Below, one piece after another: positions 22,651 through 35,190 of a stretch of DNA of 36,027 nucleotides. The DNA is taken from the NCBI RefSeq assembly GCF_000281045.1, contig NW_008246108.1, positions 310,197 to 346,223 on the forward strand, given 5' to 3'. Source of the stretch: Saprolegnia diclina VS20 (Eukaryota). The translations under genes were made by a program, and so were the position numbers. Within the stretch, counting starts at the first letter, position 1, and each line of letters opens with the position of its first letter. The notes below the pieces were generated by a model. It was not told the origin of the DNA. It did not search any database and was given only the letters and a program-made list of their open reading frames with translations.

Positions 22651-23564
22651 GGTCGATATCGAGTTTTGTCTACGCACCAATGATACGCCCACATACAAAT
22701 CCCAAGGTCGTCCTCGACCGGGGCATAGAACCGCCACCTATGACGTGGCAGCACACGCGACGATCCTGTTCGTGTTTTCCGACCTTTGATTGGCGGTTGC
22801 TCACAACATACCGACCGACCATGACGCAAGTCTGTCGGAGCATGCAGCCTGTGCATGCCTCCGACGATGCACTGCAGGTGCTGGTTCATACCGACAGGCT
22901 GCATGCGTTGGCTCACGGACGCTGCTCTCGTACGGCCAACTGTCCGTCGCCCTCATCGTTGTCCCCACGGCTACCAAGTAGTAGCCTTCCACTGCTGGCC
23001 TTTGCCATGGACCTGAGCTGGCACCCTCGCGCTGCCAAGGTTTGCTTGGACGACCGATCATTTCGGGAGCCGCGATACGACAGCGGGAATTTATAGAGGC
23101 CTCCATAACGGTGCCTACGGTTATTATGGGTCACTCGAGGGGCGCCCGTGCAAGGGGCAGCACGTACTTGCGCAGAGCTTCGCTTCACACTCGCTTCTCC
23201 CCGAGGCTTCTTTCTCGAGCTGGTCGTCGCCAGCCTTCTCTGCATCGGCTTGTCCTCTTGCATACTCAGTCCAAGTGCGATCCGCGCGCTGGCCAGCTGG
23301 CGCGAGGGCCGTGTCGCAGCGTCATTCAATGCAAACAATCAAACCCGCGCGAAATAAAATAATATATACTTGATATTTGTACAGCATATTAGACAAAAGA
23401 AGAATTACGCGTGAACTTTTTCGAAACGTCGTGGGCGATCCCGAATAAAATTACTTACTATTTTTATCGCAGCGTTTTCGCATCGTTATACTTGAAGTAA
23501 GTAATGGGAATAGATTGCGAATAAAAAGGCAAGATTTGGTCTGAAGAGGCCAGTTGCCCTTGAG

Positions 23565-24370
23565 ATGACGCACCTTCAGCCCCGCAAAGACCACCTCGTC
23601 GGGCGCCCGCTGGTCCCGTTCTTCACCGAGGAGGGCCATGTGAACGCGTCGCTGCAGCTCTCGTCGTACGCGCCGTCGTCTCCTGCGTCGAATGGTGTCT
23701 CATGTGCCCCTGTAGCGCGGCCACGCACGAGGCCATGGACGTCGACGCCCGCGTCTGGAACGCCGAGCAAGGCTATTTTGAATACCCGGAGCCAGCATGT
23801 ACAGAGACGCCGAAGCGCACGCTGCTACTGACACCACAGCGCCTCGTACGCCGCCTGCGCCAGCAATCTCTGCGGCTAACATGGATATGTGCCTAGGAGG
23901 AGGAGCGCAGCAAGTCGCGCGGCAAGACACACACGACACCGAGCACAGAAAAGCCGCGGTCACCACCGCGCGCAGGCTCCAACTCGAAGAAGCAACGTAG
24001 CAAGAAGCCGACGGCCGCCGTCGAGCCCCACACGCCCCAGAAACCGACACCGCCCAAGCAACGGTCCCCGACAGGCACGAACAGCACGAACAGCAGCAAC
24101 ACCAACAGCAACGCGAATTCAAGTCAGAAAAAGAAGGCGACGCAGGCCCCGGCCAAGTGGGCGTGGTCAGCCTTCCAGTCCTCGCCGGACCCGAAGACGC
24201 TGCCGATGCCGCCGTTCCTGTCGCCTCAGCCGGTCGTCACGGAGAAGCCGTCACCACCGCCGCCGCCGGCTCCGTCGATCCAGATTTTACAGCGACCAAA
24301 GACGGCAGTCACCAAGCCCGAAGACGCCATGACGCAGCAGCTGCGCAAGATGCTCAACATGGAGCCGTAA
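23565..24370 (+). CDS. Disordered Pro/Lys-rich protein with a PNRC/Edc1-like motif (putative decapping co-activator), 3 exons
   Basis: Two GTACGC...TAG introns join the exons in frame. The last exon 23897-24370 is open for 158 codons and encodes KWAWSAFQSSPDPKTLPMPPF (24155-24217) and a C-terminal MTQQLRKMLNM. Confidence 0.7.
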
Positions 24371-24914
24371 GCGCGCCAACGAGCCTTTTTTTCCTCAGAG
24401 ACCATCGAGCGCTATGGCGTTGAAATAATGATCTGGGGTTTTTGGTTCATTTCATGTGTCCCAACTAGACATCTCTAACTGGTGGTTGATTCGACGCATC
24501 AAGCTATTAGGCCCTTGCGAATATCACGCGTCCCTTGGCACAACTGCGGCCGTTGGCGAAAAGCTGAGCCACATGTTACGAGGTGGCTGTGACCCTCTCG
24601 ATGCCTCACTCGTATCAGCGACTACAGCCGGATCGCCGATTGTTGTAGCACGGGCGAAACCTGATTGCTCGGAGTTCCATCGCCCGATGCGCAGTTCAAA
24701 CAAGAGGCTAATTCATATGATACGCTTATATTCGATTACCTCTATTATTACATGTCTGGATACTGTGAAGTCCGGGGTATGAATATTGTAAAAACTTTTA
24801 TATCCGATGCCCTTTCACAATTGATTTTTTACTTCTTGAAGTACCTGCCGCCCAGAACCTCGTCTCCGCGGCTGGCAGCGTCCTATACCTTGTCGCGCAC
24901 GGCTCTTTCATCAG

Positions 24915-24928
24915 TCATTACTCAATTT
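24915..24928 (+). promoter_or_regulatory. INR+FPR-like core promoter element
   Basis: TCATTACTCAATTT matches the oomycete consensus with one mismatch, 5 nt before ATG 24934. Confidence 0.4.
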
Positions 24929-24933
24929 TATCT

Positions 24934-26421
24934 ATGAAAACCACCACCTTCCTCACCACCAGCGTCGCCTTTGCGGCTGCCACGAGTGCGACGACCATCT
25001 GCAGCGCGGTGCCGCCGTTCAACTACGTGTCGGCGTCGACTGCGCACCCTCAACTCGCGCCAGCCCTCGACGTTCTCAAGCAGCAGCCCATCGCGACGTG
25101 GTACACGGACCAGTACGTCAGCGACCTCTCAGGGCTCATGGCCAAGTGCCAAGATGCGACGCCAGCGATCGTTGTATATGGTCTGCCGCAGAAGGACTGC
25201 GCCCACGGGTACTCGTCTGAGGGCAGCAACGCCAACACGGCCGATTACGCCAAGTGGATTCAAAAGCTCATGGATCAAGTCGGGTCGAACCGCGACGTCG
25301 TCTACATCCTCGAGCCGGACGCCTTGGGGCTCCTCGCCAACAACCCATGCGCGACGCAGCACAACTACAAGGCGAACCTCCGCATCGCCATCGAAATGCT
25401 CGCGTCCAACCCAAAGGCCAAGATCTACGCGGACGTGGCGGCCTGGGGTGACATGGCCAAGACGACTTCGATCCTGAACGAGCTCAAGGAAGCGGGTCGC
25501 CTCTCGGGCATCGCGATCAACACGTCAAACTACGTCTCCAACGACAAACTCCTTGCGACGTGCCAGTCGTACTCGGCCGCGACCAACGGCCTTCACTGCA
25601 TCTTTGATACCTCACGCAACTTCAACGGATCGCCCTCGAGCGAGTGGTGCAACGCCAAGTCCGGTGGCATTGGCTCGCCGCCGACTGCCAACACGGGCTA
25701 CCCCCTCGTCGATTACTTTCTCTGGCTCAAGGTGCCGGGGGAGAGCGACGGTCAGTGCAACGACGCAGGGCGCACGAGCGACGCGGCCGTCGGGCCAAGC
25801 GCCGGGCAGTTCTTTCCGGATGGCCTGGAGCGTCTCTGGAACCAAGGCCATTTTGTCCAAAAGCAAGGGCTACCCAAGATCGGCGGCGCGTGGCCGCAGT
25901 CAACAACCGCCTCGCCGACACCCGTGGTGACACCGGCGCCGACTCCTGCAGCAACCAATGCGCCCGCATCGCCGACATCAACGCCAACGACCTCGACTAC
26001 GACGCGCATGCCCACCACGGACTCGTCGACCACGGGCTCGCCTGTAACAGAGACGCCCACGACCGAGACGCCAGTGTCGACTTCCAACGTTCCATCGGTG
26101 TACCGCAGCACCTCTGGCTCCGTTGCGCACGGTAGCGACGTCCTTGACACACCGACGCCGCCTACGTATGACGCAAAGCCGACACCCTCGGCGACATCAC
26201 AGACGTACACGGCGAGCACCGGTGCGCGCGACACTGGCACAGACTCGACCACGATTGCGCTCTCAACTCTCGTCGGCGTCGGCGCCGTCGCAGCCGTCGC
26301 CATGGCCGCGGTTGCCGTGCGCAAGCGCATCACGCAAGACAAAGCCGACTTGGAGCTCGAGCGCGACGTTAGTGGTATCGTCATCCTGTCCACCGATCGC
26401 GCGCAAACGAGCATCCTCTAA
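24934..26421 (+). CDS. Glycoside hydrolase family 6 cellulase with a Thr/Pro/Ser stalk and C-terminal TM anchor
   Basis: Signal peptide; VVYGLPQKDC, YILEPDALG, INTSNY, DTSRN, WCN, DYFLWLKVPGESDG; mucin-like linker; TM IALSTLVGVGAVAAVAMAAVAV followed by RKR; intronless. Confidence 0.95.
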   Translation: MKTTTFLTTSVAFAAATSATTICSAVPPFNYVSASTAHPQLAPALDVLKQQPIATWYTDQYVSDLSGLMAKCQDATPAIVVYGLPQKDCAHGYSSEGSNANTADYAKWIQKLMDQVGSNRDVVYILEPDALGLLANNPCATQHNYKANLRIAIEMLASNPKAKIYADVAAWGDMAKTTSILNELKEAGRLSGIAINTSNYVSNDKLLATCQSYSAATNGLHCIFDTSRNFNGSPSSEWCNAKSGGIGSPPTANTGYPLVDYFLWLKVPGESDGQCNDAGRTSDAAVGPSAGQFFPDGLERLWNQGHFVQKQGLPKIGGAWPQSTTASPTPVVTPAPTPAATNAPASPTSTPTTSTTTRMPTTDSSTTGSPVTETPTTETPVSTSNVPSVYRSTSGSVAHGSDVLDTPTPPTYDAKPTPSATSQTYTASTGARDTGTDSTTIALSTLVGVGAVAAVAMAAVAVRKRITQDKADLELERDVSGIVILSTDRAQTSIL

Positions 26422-26477
26422 GTTCTTAAACCATCGTATCAATTATTCTATATATATTCAAACAAAGTCCCAATTTT

Positions 26478-28159
26478 CTACTCCTTGCGAATCTCAAACG
26501 TATCGACGGCGAGGCCTGAGCCAGCGTCCACAAAGCTCCACGAGAGCACGCTGCGGTTGGCCTTGAGGAGCGAGACGCCGTAGTGCGTGTTGTCGACCAG
26601 GACGTTCCACGTCTGCGCCGCGACGCCGTCGTAGGGCTCGTGGCCGCCGGCGCTGCCGCAGGCGCCCGAGACCATGTACACGGGCGCGGCCGGGTTGAGA
26701 TACACGCTGCGGTCGTCGCTGACGCCGTCGAGGACGGGCACTCGATTGGCGATCGGGAGGTGGCGCTCGTACGCGTGCTGGTGGCCCGAGAGCACCATAT
26801 CAACTTGATACTTGAGAAAGAGCGGCTCGAAGGCGGCGAGGATCGCCTCTTGCTTCTTCTTGGGGTGACCCGTGGGTTTAAAGACTTTGAGGCCGTAAAT
26901 CGGTCGGTGCGACCCGACGAGAATCCACGGACGCTCGTGGCGCAGGGCCACCGCCGCCTTCAAGTCGGCTTCGAGCCACGCCAGCTGGTCGCCAAAGTGG
27001 CCATTCGCCACCTTTGTGCCCTTGTTGTTGCTCGGCGCGCCCTCGAAGTCCGACTCGGAGCTAATGCTAATGAAATGCACCGGTCCGTGGTTCCACGAGT
27101 ACCACATGTTGTGCGTCCCTGGCATTGCATTATGAGATCCAAAGCAACCGCCGACTCGATGCACGTACCGTTGGACTCGGCCGACGGCATGCGGAAGCGC
27201 GTGTTGAAAGCCGAAAAGTTGCTCAACTGCGCTTGCTTGGCCTCCGAGTAGACGCACGCCGGCGAGTAGCACTCGGCTTCGTGGTTCCCGACCGTCGTCA
27301 TGTACGGCACCTAGCTCGCTGGGTTATAATTTGTAGGAAGGTGGGGGACTTACGTGGTGCATGGTCGGCTCGAGCGAGTTCATCCACGCGTTGTAGGCCC
27401 TCTCGTACACAAAGCCGAGCGCGTTCGTGTCTTTATCGAGCGCCTGGAACGCGTTGTCGGCGTAGCTGAGGTCGCCAACGTGCCAGATAAGGTCCAGTCG
27501 ATCGGCGAGCGCCGAGACAAGGGACACTGTCGCCTCGGCGTTGTGCTCGCCAAAGTCCGCGTACATGAGCATCTCGAACGAGTGGTTGTCGCTGCTCGGG
27601 CGTGCTGTTCGAAAATGGTAGACCGACGACCGGCGCGTCACTAGGCAAGCACGACGTTCAAGATGCGAGCACCATGAAGGTAGGTACCGTTTTGGAGCGA
27701 GCCGACTTGGTAGTAATAGCGCGTCTTGGGCAGGAGGTTGGACAGCGTGACATGGTATGTGTACAGCGTGTAGTGCTCGTCGGCGTAGTACGAGGCGACC
27801 GTGGCCATGTGGGCAGTGAGGCGCGACGTGTTGTGAAATAGATGGTCGGCGACCCACACCGCGCTGTCGTTGATGCGGTGGTACGTAGTCCACGAGACGG
27901 TCATAGCCGTGCCAGGCTCGACGCCCGCGTACGCCAAGTGCAGCTGCTGCGGTCGCACGTGGAGCTCGACCATGGCCTGCGTCTCGGGCCCTTCTTCCAT
28001 CGACGCCGCTGCCGAGGCCGGCGTCGCTGGCACGACGAGGTAGTGGAAGAGAAGCAAGCCGGAGAGGAGCGCAAGGAGAAGCACGGCCAGCGCGAGCGCT
28101 CGGCGGCGCACGGGCGCCACTGCAGCCGGCGTCGGAGGTCGTTCGATGGCCCCGTACAT
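26478..28159 (-). CDS. Purple acid phosphatase (metallophosphoesterase) with N-terminal TM anchor, about 4 exons
   Basis: PQQLHLAY...MTVSW.T and YYYQVG (FN3-like N-domain); metal-binding motifs ADFG, GDLSYAD, GNHE, GSHRPIY, SGHQHAYER; ATG at 28159 (MYGAIERP). Confidence 0.95.
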
Positions 28160-28912
28160 CGTTTGCGCAAGTGAAACCTCCAAGCTGCCAAATGCTGCAG
28201 ATTCAATACTATAGTTTAATTAAGTGACGCAAATCCAAAGAGGCTTGGCGGTGCGAAAGGTGAACAACTGGCATTCGGTGTGAAATGATTTTTTCACGTG
28301 TGAACCGAACGTTAGTTAGTCGATGTTTCGACTTTAGTTGCAACTTGCAGATGCCAGAGGCGAGCGAGCAACTGGCCGAGCGCGCGTCGACAGTTGAAGA
28401 GCTCTGCAGCTGCATTTCAGCAGACGTAGCTGCCGCACGATGAGCCGCCGATGACACAGCAGTGCGTCTTTACACCACAGCAAAGCTTGACTGCAATGCC
28501 CCCGGACTGGTCTAGCGCTGCCCCAGTGATTCCCGTGTACCTTGACGCAGACGGCGAAAACTCGCCAAGCGCTTTGCAGCGAGGCCAGCGCAAGGCGCGT
28601 GCTAGACAATGCTATGGTACGCTACGTAGAGCGCTCGTGCTGCTGGAGCATTGCATGTCCTCGTCCATCTCCATCGTCAGTGACAAGGCTCGACACGTGC
28701 AAGCGCCCGAGGCTACAAGCTCTACCGGGTACTATTCGTCGCTCATGGCGTCGGCTCGAAAGGATGCGCCTGCCAAGGGTGGTCGGAGCATGTTCAGGCG
28801 GCAGTCCGCCCATCCCAAGGGCCCGCACCGTCACCTAGCTTCACGGCGCGCGGCGGCGAGGACCAGCTACATGAACACACCTCTCTGTATAAACGCGTTA
28901 CGGGCGCGGACC

Positions 28913-29274
28913 TTAGAGCTCGCGCTCGCCGAGGATGTCGGTGATCGCGATGAAGGCCGAGAGCGAGTTGGCCGGGTAAGTGGCGTAGTCGCGCTCCGTC
29001 GAGTGCGACGGCTTGACGTACTGGCGCGGGACGTCCGGGTAGCCTTCGGGGCTCGTGTACTTGCCGGCCTGGTGGGCGGTGTTGCTGCGGCGCCACACGG
29101 CTTCGTCCTCGAGGCGGTTCTTGGCGCTCGTGTGCGCCGCTTGCAGCAAGTCCTACGCGCCGCACATAAGCCTCTTCATACGGTCATGATTCGGCGCCCT
29201 ACATGCTCCTCGGCGGCCATGCGCTCGCGGCTGGCCATGAAGCTGTTGATCAAGTTCGAGATCGGGTTGGTCAT
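28913..29274 (-). CDS. Small hypothetical protein (103 aa), 2 exons; intron 29153-29202
   Basis: MTNPISNLINSFMASRERMAAEEH|DLLQAAHTSAKNRLEDEAVW...ILGEREL*; 72-nt and 240-nt exons joined by a phase-0 GT-AG intron; strongly C/G-ending codons. Confidence 0.75.
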
Positions 29275-29509
29275 CGTCGTCCTGCCTGCCACAAGTTGTG
29301 CACTGCGCCCCAGCGAAGGTCGGTATACAAATTCCAAGTCAATTAAAAAGCCACTTTCACGGCCAATAAACATCGCACTTAAAAGAGGCGCACTTGGTCG
29401 GCCGCCGCTACTCAGCGACAAGAGAAGAGGAGAAGACGTGTATAGATGAGAGGATGATGGCTACAACGCTGTCGGTCAACTACATAGTACAGTGCATACA
29501 CACAATCGC

Positions 29510-31804
29510 TCAGAGGACGACCCGCGAGCGCTGCGTCACGGCGCCTTGGTCAGCTACGACAGCCACGGCGATGAGCTTCCATACAAGGGCTAGGGTTGCC
29601 GCTGCTGGCAACGGCAAGCGAACCTTCTTCGCCTTGCCTGCGGCGGCTTGGGCGTTCATGAGCAGGGCCGCGACGGCTGCGTGACCATTCTCGACGGCAA
29701 CGTTCAGCGGCGTCCGTCCCATCTGCAAAATGAAAGATGAGCGTAGGTGTGAAGCATGGGCGTACGTTGTCGGAGCGGTGCGGGTTGGCCTTGGCCTGCA
29801 ACAGAAGCGTGACGACCTCGGCGTGCCCGGCCTCGGCAGCGACCCACAGCGGCGTCTTGCCTTCCTACGCAGCAATCACTGAGCGACAGTGGAAATGGTG
29901 CATAGCGGACTTCGTTGGGGCGGACGACGTCGGCTTTCGCCTTGAGGAGCAAGAGGACGGTGTTCGAATGCCCGTGCTGCGCCGCCACAAGCAGCGGTGT
30001 TGCGCCATCCTAGCCACATGCTCCATATTGTGGCTAGGATTCCGTGATCGTACTCTTCGGGATCGGTTCACGGTGGCTTGTGCGTTGAGAAGCAGGACAA
30101 CCACATTGCGGTGGCCGTGGGCGGCGCCGAGGAGCAACGCCGTCGAGCCATCCTACGCAACAACAAGATGTTGAAGCATCTGCGTAAGATTCAGTGACGT
30201 ACGGTGCTTGCTGCATTGACACTGGCACCGGAGCGGAGAAGCAGGGCGACTACGGCGTCATGGCCGTGCTGGGCCGCCGCATGCAAGGCCGTCGCGCCGT
30301 CCTACATTCCATGGCTTGAGCGTGATTACGCACAAAAGGCGACGCACAATCGTTGATGTCGTTAGCGACGCGTCCGAAGCGAGGAGGAGCGAGACAACTG
30401 CGTCATGCCCGTTCTGTGCGGCGACAAAAAGAGGTGTCGAGCCGTCCTGCGTCATTGGTTACGATAGCATCCGAGACGAAACCTCTACCTGCATGAGCTC
30501 GTCGACGTCGGCACCGGCGTCGAGAAGCAAGGCGACAACGGCGTCGTGGCCATTCTGCGCCGCGGCGTACAAGGCACTAAAACCGTCCTGCATAAACGAT
30601 AAGAAATGAGCTATCGAGCGTCGATTCGAACCCGAAGTCGCTTGGAAACGTCGGCGCCCGCACCAAGAAGCAGCGCCACGGCACCTGCGTGGCCGTTTTG
30701 GGCGGCCACGTACACGGGTGTCGCGCCCGCCTAGTCGGACAACGCGTCCACTCTGCACCCAGAGTCGCAAAAACGTACGTCGGTCGTCGTCTCGATCGGC
30801 GCAGACGCTTGAAGAAGGAGCCCGAGGATCGCGTCGTAGCCGTACTGGGCGGCCACAAACAATGGCGTGGCTCCGTCCTGCGGACAATGTCACGTCAGTA
30901 ATGCGCGGCACACGAAGCGGGAGCCACCTTGATGGACACGGCGGGGTCGGCGCGGCGCTTGACGAGCTGGGCGACGATGGCTACGTGTCCTTGCTGCGTC
31001 GCGACGGCCAATGGCGTCGCACCGTCCTGCAGCGTTGTCTGAGCCAACACCGAGATATTATGTGAGTACCTTGTTGGCGCAATTGGTCGTCGCCTTCGCC
31101 TGCAGTAGCAGGAGCACGACAACGATGTGGCCTTCAAAGGCGGCGATCCACAGCGGCGTCCGACCCGCCTACGGCGACGCTCTACATGCCGGCCAAGCGT
31201 CGATAGAAAAGGTACGCTGTCTCTCAGCTCCAGGTCGGCGCCAGCGGCAATAAGCAGCTTGACGACAGCGTGGAAGCCAAACGCAGCCGCAATGTGCAGC
31301 GGTGATGCGCCATCCTATGTAACAGTGCATGTCGAAGCGCGCCCAATACCATCGAGTCGGACCTTTGTGCACCGCTGCACGTCGGCGTTCGCAGCGAGAA
31401 GGAGCGCAACGACCTTGTCCCAGCCGTTCTGCGCTGCCACGTACAGCGGCGTCCAGCCATTCTATTTGAGTAGCATGGAAGGCGTCGAGACGGCGATGCG
31501 CACCTCGTCGCACTTGTTGACATTGGCGTCAGCCTCAATGAGGAGGCTCACGACCGCCTCAGCGCCGTGGAAGGCAGCTTTCAGCATTGGCGTCCACTCC
31601 TACGCATTACGTTGGTCGCGCGCAAGGCAGAGGGTCGTTGCACCTGCAGGAGGACGTCCGGGTCGACACCGTCGTTGAGGAGTTGCGTCGCGACCTCAAC
31701 GTCGTCAGCTTTGGCAGCGTCGAGCAGCTGCGCCTCGGGCTACATACACATGAGCAGACGGCTTAGAGGCCATCGCGTACGGTCAGTAGTCGGGGGCGTG
31801 GCAT
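29510..31804 (-). CDS. Ankyrin repeat protein, about 15 repeats, one repeat per exon (both termini uncertain)
   Basis: Successive ~99-nt exons reading (D/E/N)G.TPL..AA..GH..VV.LLL...A separated by ~45-50 nt introns; probable start MPRPRLLT at 31804. Confidence 0.9.
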
Positions 31805-33199
31805 CGGCGTCGGCGGCGATTGTCCTACGTGGCAGCCCCAGGTTTTGCGTGTCTTTACGGACGTCCGGAAAACGCCATCCGGCGCCATCCCCTTCATGTG
31901 ACCCGGGGTAACAAAGTTGCCACCAACCATAAGTACATGAGTGCCCCGGGGTATCGCCACACCGTCGCTTCGCCGAGGAGCAGCCAGCGCTCTGTCGTTA
32001 GCTTAAGCGTAGTTGTCCGCGGCAGAGGTGACAATCGACAATTCTAATTCTGGTAGGAACATTTAGTAGTAATAATGGACAGCTGTAGTCGACCATTCAC
32101 TTGATAGCTTGATATTACGTGTTGCCAGTGAGGATTCAAACAATGTGGAGCCGTAGGAGCAAGGGATCCACGAGCGCGCAGACTCGTCAGACGCCTACCT
32201 TGAGGTAGCTCTCAAAAATCTCCAGCGGTTGGGACTGGGGTCAAAAAGCAATCGCAAAGACTGCTAGGTTCAACATTTTTCTAACTGCACATGGCACACG
32301 ATCAAGTAAAGTCGAGTTTCTCGACGGGTAACCCGGCATCAATCGCTCAAGATCATCAAAGCGTCGTAGCGGTCGCTCGTCTCTTCGCCGTCTATGGCGC
32401 TGACATCGAGAGGAAAACCATCGACGCTGTCCATGGATGCTGTCGTCGTTCGGTGCGCGACGAGGCGGCTCGATGCCCGGGTAGACGGGTGAGCACCCGA
32501 GAGAGAGATCGGCGGTGCCTCACGGCGTGATACCGTGTAGCTGGGCGTCGTCGAGGGACCCCAGGCAGCTGTACCACTGGCCATCGCAGCGACACCATCG
32601 ACCAAAGACACATCGTTGGCGACAGCATCGACGTCGTCATCGCCCTAGCCAGAGTCCTCGATATCGTTCTCGAGATAAACGCCGTCGCTTGCCGCTGGAC
32701 CATCTGTAGTATATTTCCTTGCAAATGGCGTACGACCTCGCGCGAGCTATGACTCGGCGAGTGGGGTCCACCACGGGATGGATCTCTCCGTACGCAGCTC
32801 ACTCCCAACGACCAAGTGCTGGTGCCAACTCCCACGCATTCAGGCGTAGCGCTACGTATGCGAAGTCTTTGTGTCATAATGAAGATAACGCGGAACACGT
32901 TCATATATATATAAATGGCGTGTGCCATGTAAAAGCTCGTCATGATGCCGCAAACAGTGCAATCCGGCATCACTTTGGATACGAGTTTCGAGCGCTGTAG
33001 GCCGCGCACGACGGTGCAACTTGGTGCTCCGTGCTATACAAAGCAAACTTAATCACTCTACGACGTAGGAGCCATTTTGTATTTTGACTGACGTTGGCCA
33101 TCAAATTGCAAGCGGGAACGCACCGCGATAGCTTGCGTGATATTAGCCACATTATCCGGATATCCGGTTCAGCATTGCCAGACCCATGACCAGGCCTCG

Positions 33200-33572
33200 C
33201 GATCGATCACTTTGCGTTCGAAAACGAAATCGTCCAGCCTTGGCACAGTAGTAGAGGACGCTTTGGAGAGTACGGAAAGCGAGATCGCGTCGACGTGCGA
33301 GGCGGACAGCGGTCGCGAGACGCGATCCAAGATGCGCGCCAAACTGAGATCGTAGTGCCATCTGAGAGGCACAACGCACTCCAGACTAAGCTCGTAGTGC
33401 CTTCTTAGCGGCATCACGCCGCGACGCTGACGTCGCTTGCCGACAACATCACGTTTGAAATGGGATCGCCCAAAGTTGGCACGGTTATAGAAGACACTTT
33501 GAAGAGCAAAGCAGACCGCGATTCGTCATCGCTGCAGGCCTACGACGCATGCAATGCTCGAACACAGATGTA
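33200..33572 (+). repeat. Degenerate direct repeat (~33240-33333 vs ~33477-33570) conserved at codon level; probable pseudogene remnant
   Basis: ttggcacagtagtagaggacgctttggagagt vs ttggcacggttatagaagacactttgaagagc; the copies translate as GTVVEDALES...TRSKM vs GTVIEDTLKS...ARTQM. Confidence 0.55.
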
Positions 33573-35190
33573 AATCGCTTTTAAAACGTTAAAAACGCAA
33601 TTGACTGTATGTATTGACACGCCGTAGGCGTCGTCTTCTGCACTTGTAGCGACGGTCTCCCCATCCAGCGGAACATGATTGCGATTCCGAGCAACATTCA
33701 TGGAGTTACGACGTCCAGCACATTCTGTGGAGCGTTTGGACAGGGTTGTAGCTCACAATTCTCGGGCTTCCGCACTCGCGGCGATCTATTCTCACATCGC
33801 GTGTGATGGGATTCATAGGTCTTTATGTGGAGGAGGTCGCAAAAAACAATCGATTCCTATGACGTGGCACTCGGAGAATCTCCCATCTTGGCGCAAATGC
33901 TCAGTCGTGTAAAAACAAGTGTAAAAGCGAGCACGACAAAGGCGAAACGCAGTGCTTTTACAAGAGAGTTGTGGAAGCCTTGGGCGCTGCTCATTCCGCA
34001 ATTTGCGCTCCAGGGCCTCGGCCGCACAGCACCGCGTCGCACGGCAGGACGGTCGCAAGCGGGCGTCCTGTCGACTGTGGACGGTGACACTCGTGTGGCC
34101 GAGGTCCTTCTTTCGCCACGAATCCGTGTAGTGCAGGACGTTGGCTCGCCAGGTAAGCAAAGATCGCTGCGTCCTCATGCAGCAGGCGAATTGGCTTGGG
34201 TTTGCGTCGTTGAGGATCGATGATCGCCAAGCTCGATTGGTGGTATCCGAAACATGCTGAGCAGCGTCGCAGCCGTCGACGCGCCGAGGCAAACGTTGAC
34301 AGCGACAACCTCGAGCGTTTGTGCGAGGAGTGCGGACGATGGCCCCGACCGTGTTGCGCTCGTGGCGTCGTTTCGGAGCATCCGGATAATGGTACCGGAC
34401 ACCAATAGCAGGGGCAACACATTCCAAAATGGGCGCCGCGACGAGACAAGCCACGCCGCCGCCGGCGCAACATTCGGCGCTGCGTGCGCGGCGTCGCGTT
34501 CGGAGTATGCTCGTCATCTCGCGGCGCAGAGCCAAATGGCGCTCATCTCGAGCGCCTCACGCTTGACGTCCTACGGCTTGCACACGGCAGCCAGCATTGA
34601 GACCGCTGGCGCGCGGCGACCTCTCGCCCGCCGCGAACCTCTCACTCGGCGGCGCGTCAGATGCGATCTCTACTCGATTTCAATCGAGTGGAGCTTTCGG
34701 CCCTCAGCAGCCACATACAGTGGCCGTGCGCCTATCGTCCTCGTCGTGCTTGGCACTTACCTTGTTCTCCAGGGCGTCGGCGCTGCGCTCGTTCGTGTTT
34801 GGCGCAAGGTAGCACACGTCTTTAGCGCTACTTGGGTCTCACAGATTGACTAGGTTCCGTGTTTGCCCATGACACACGAGCTCGAGATTTTTGCGCTTTT
34901 TCCGCGCCTTCTCGTACTCGCACCACGTGGCCACGACGCTCGAGACACCAGCAATTACCAACGTTTAAGGCGACGACGCCGACATTGACTGCTGTACACC
35001 AAGACGTAGAAGGCCGCTTGGAGGCGCAGATTTGTGAAAATCTCGCGCGGAAGTGAGCCGCCGACCCGAGCGCGACAACCAAGAAGGTCGAGAACGACAA
35101 GGAAGAGCTCGAGGCGCGTCGGCAGCGCTTGTTGCGCAAAAACATGCGTTGCTTGGACCTTGTCGTTCGATCGTCGGTGACCTCGGCTAG

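Noticed and set aside
22913..23338. 141-aa minus-strand ORF upstream of OLA1
   Set aside because: No domain and weak codon bias; could not build a consistent gene model.
28451..29449. 332-aa plus-strand ORF
   Set aside because: Antisense to the better-supported spliced 103-aa gene; composition is typical of a shadow ORF.
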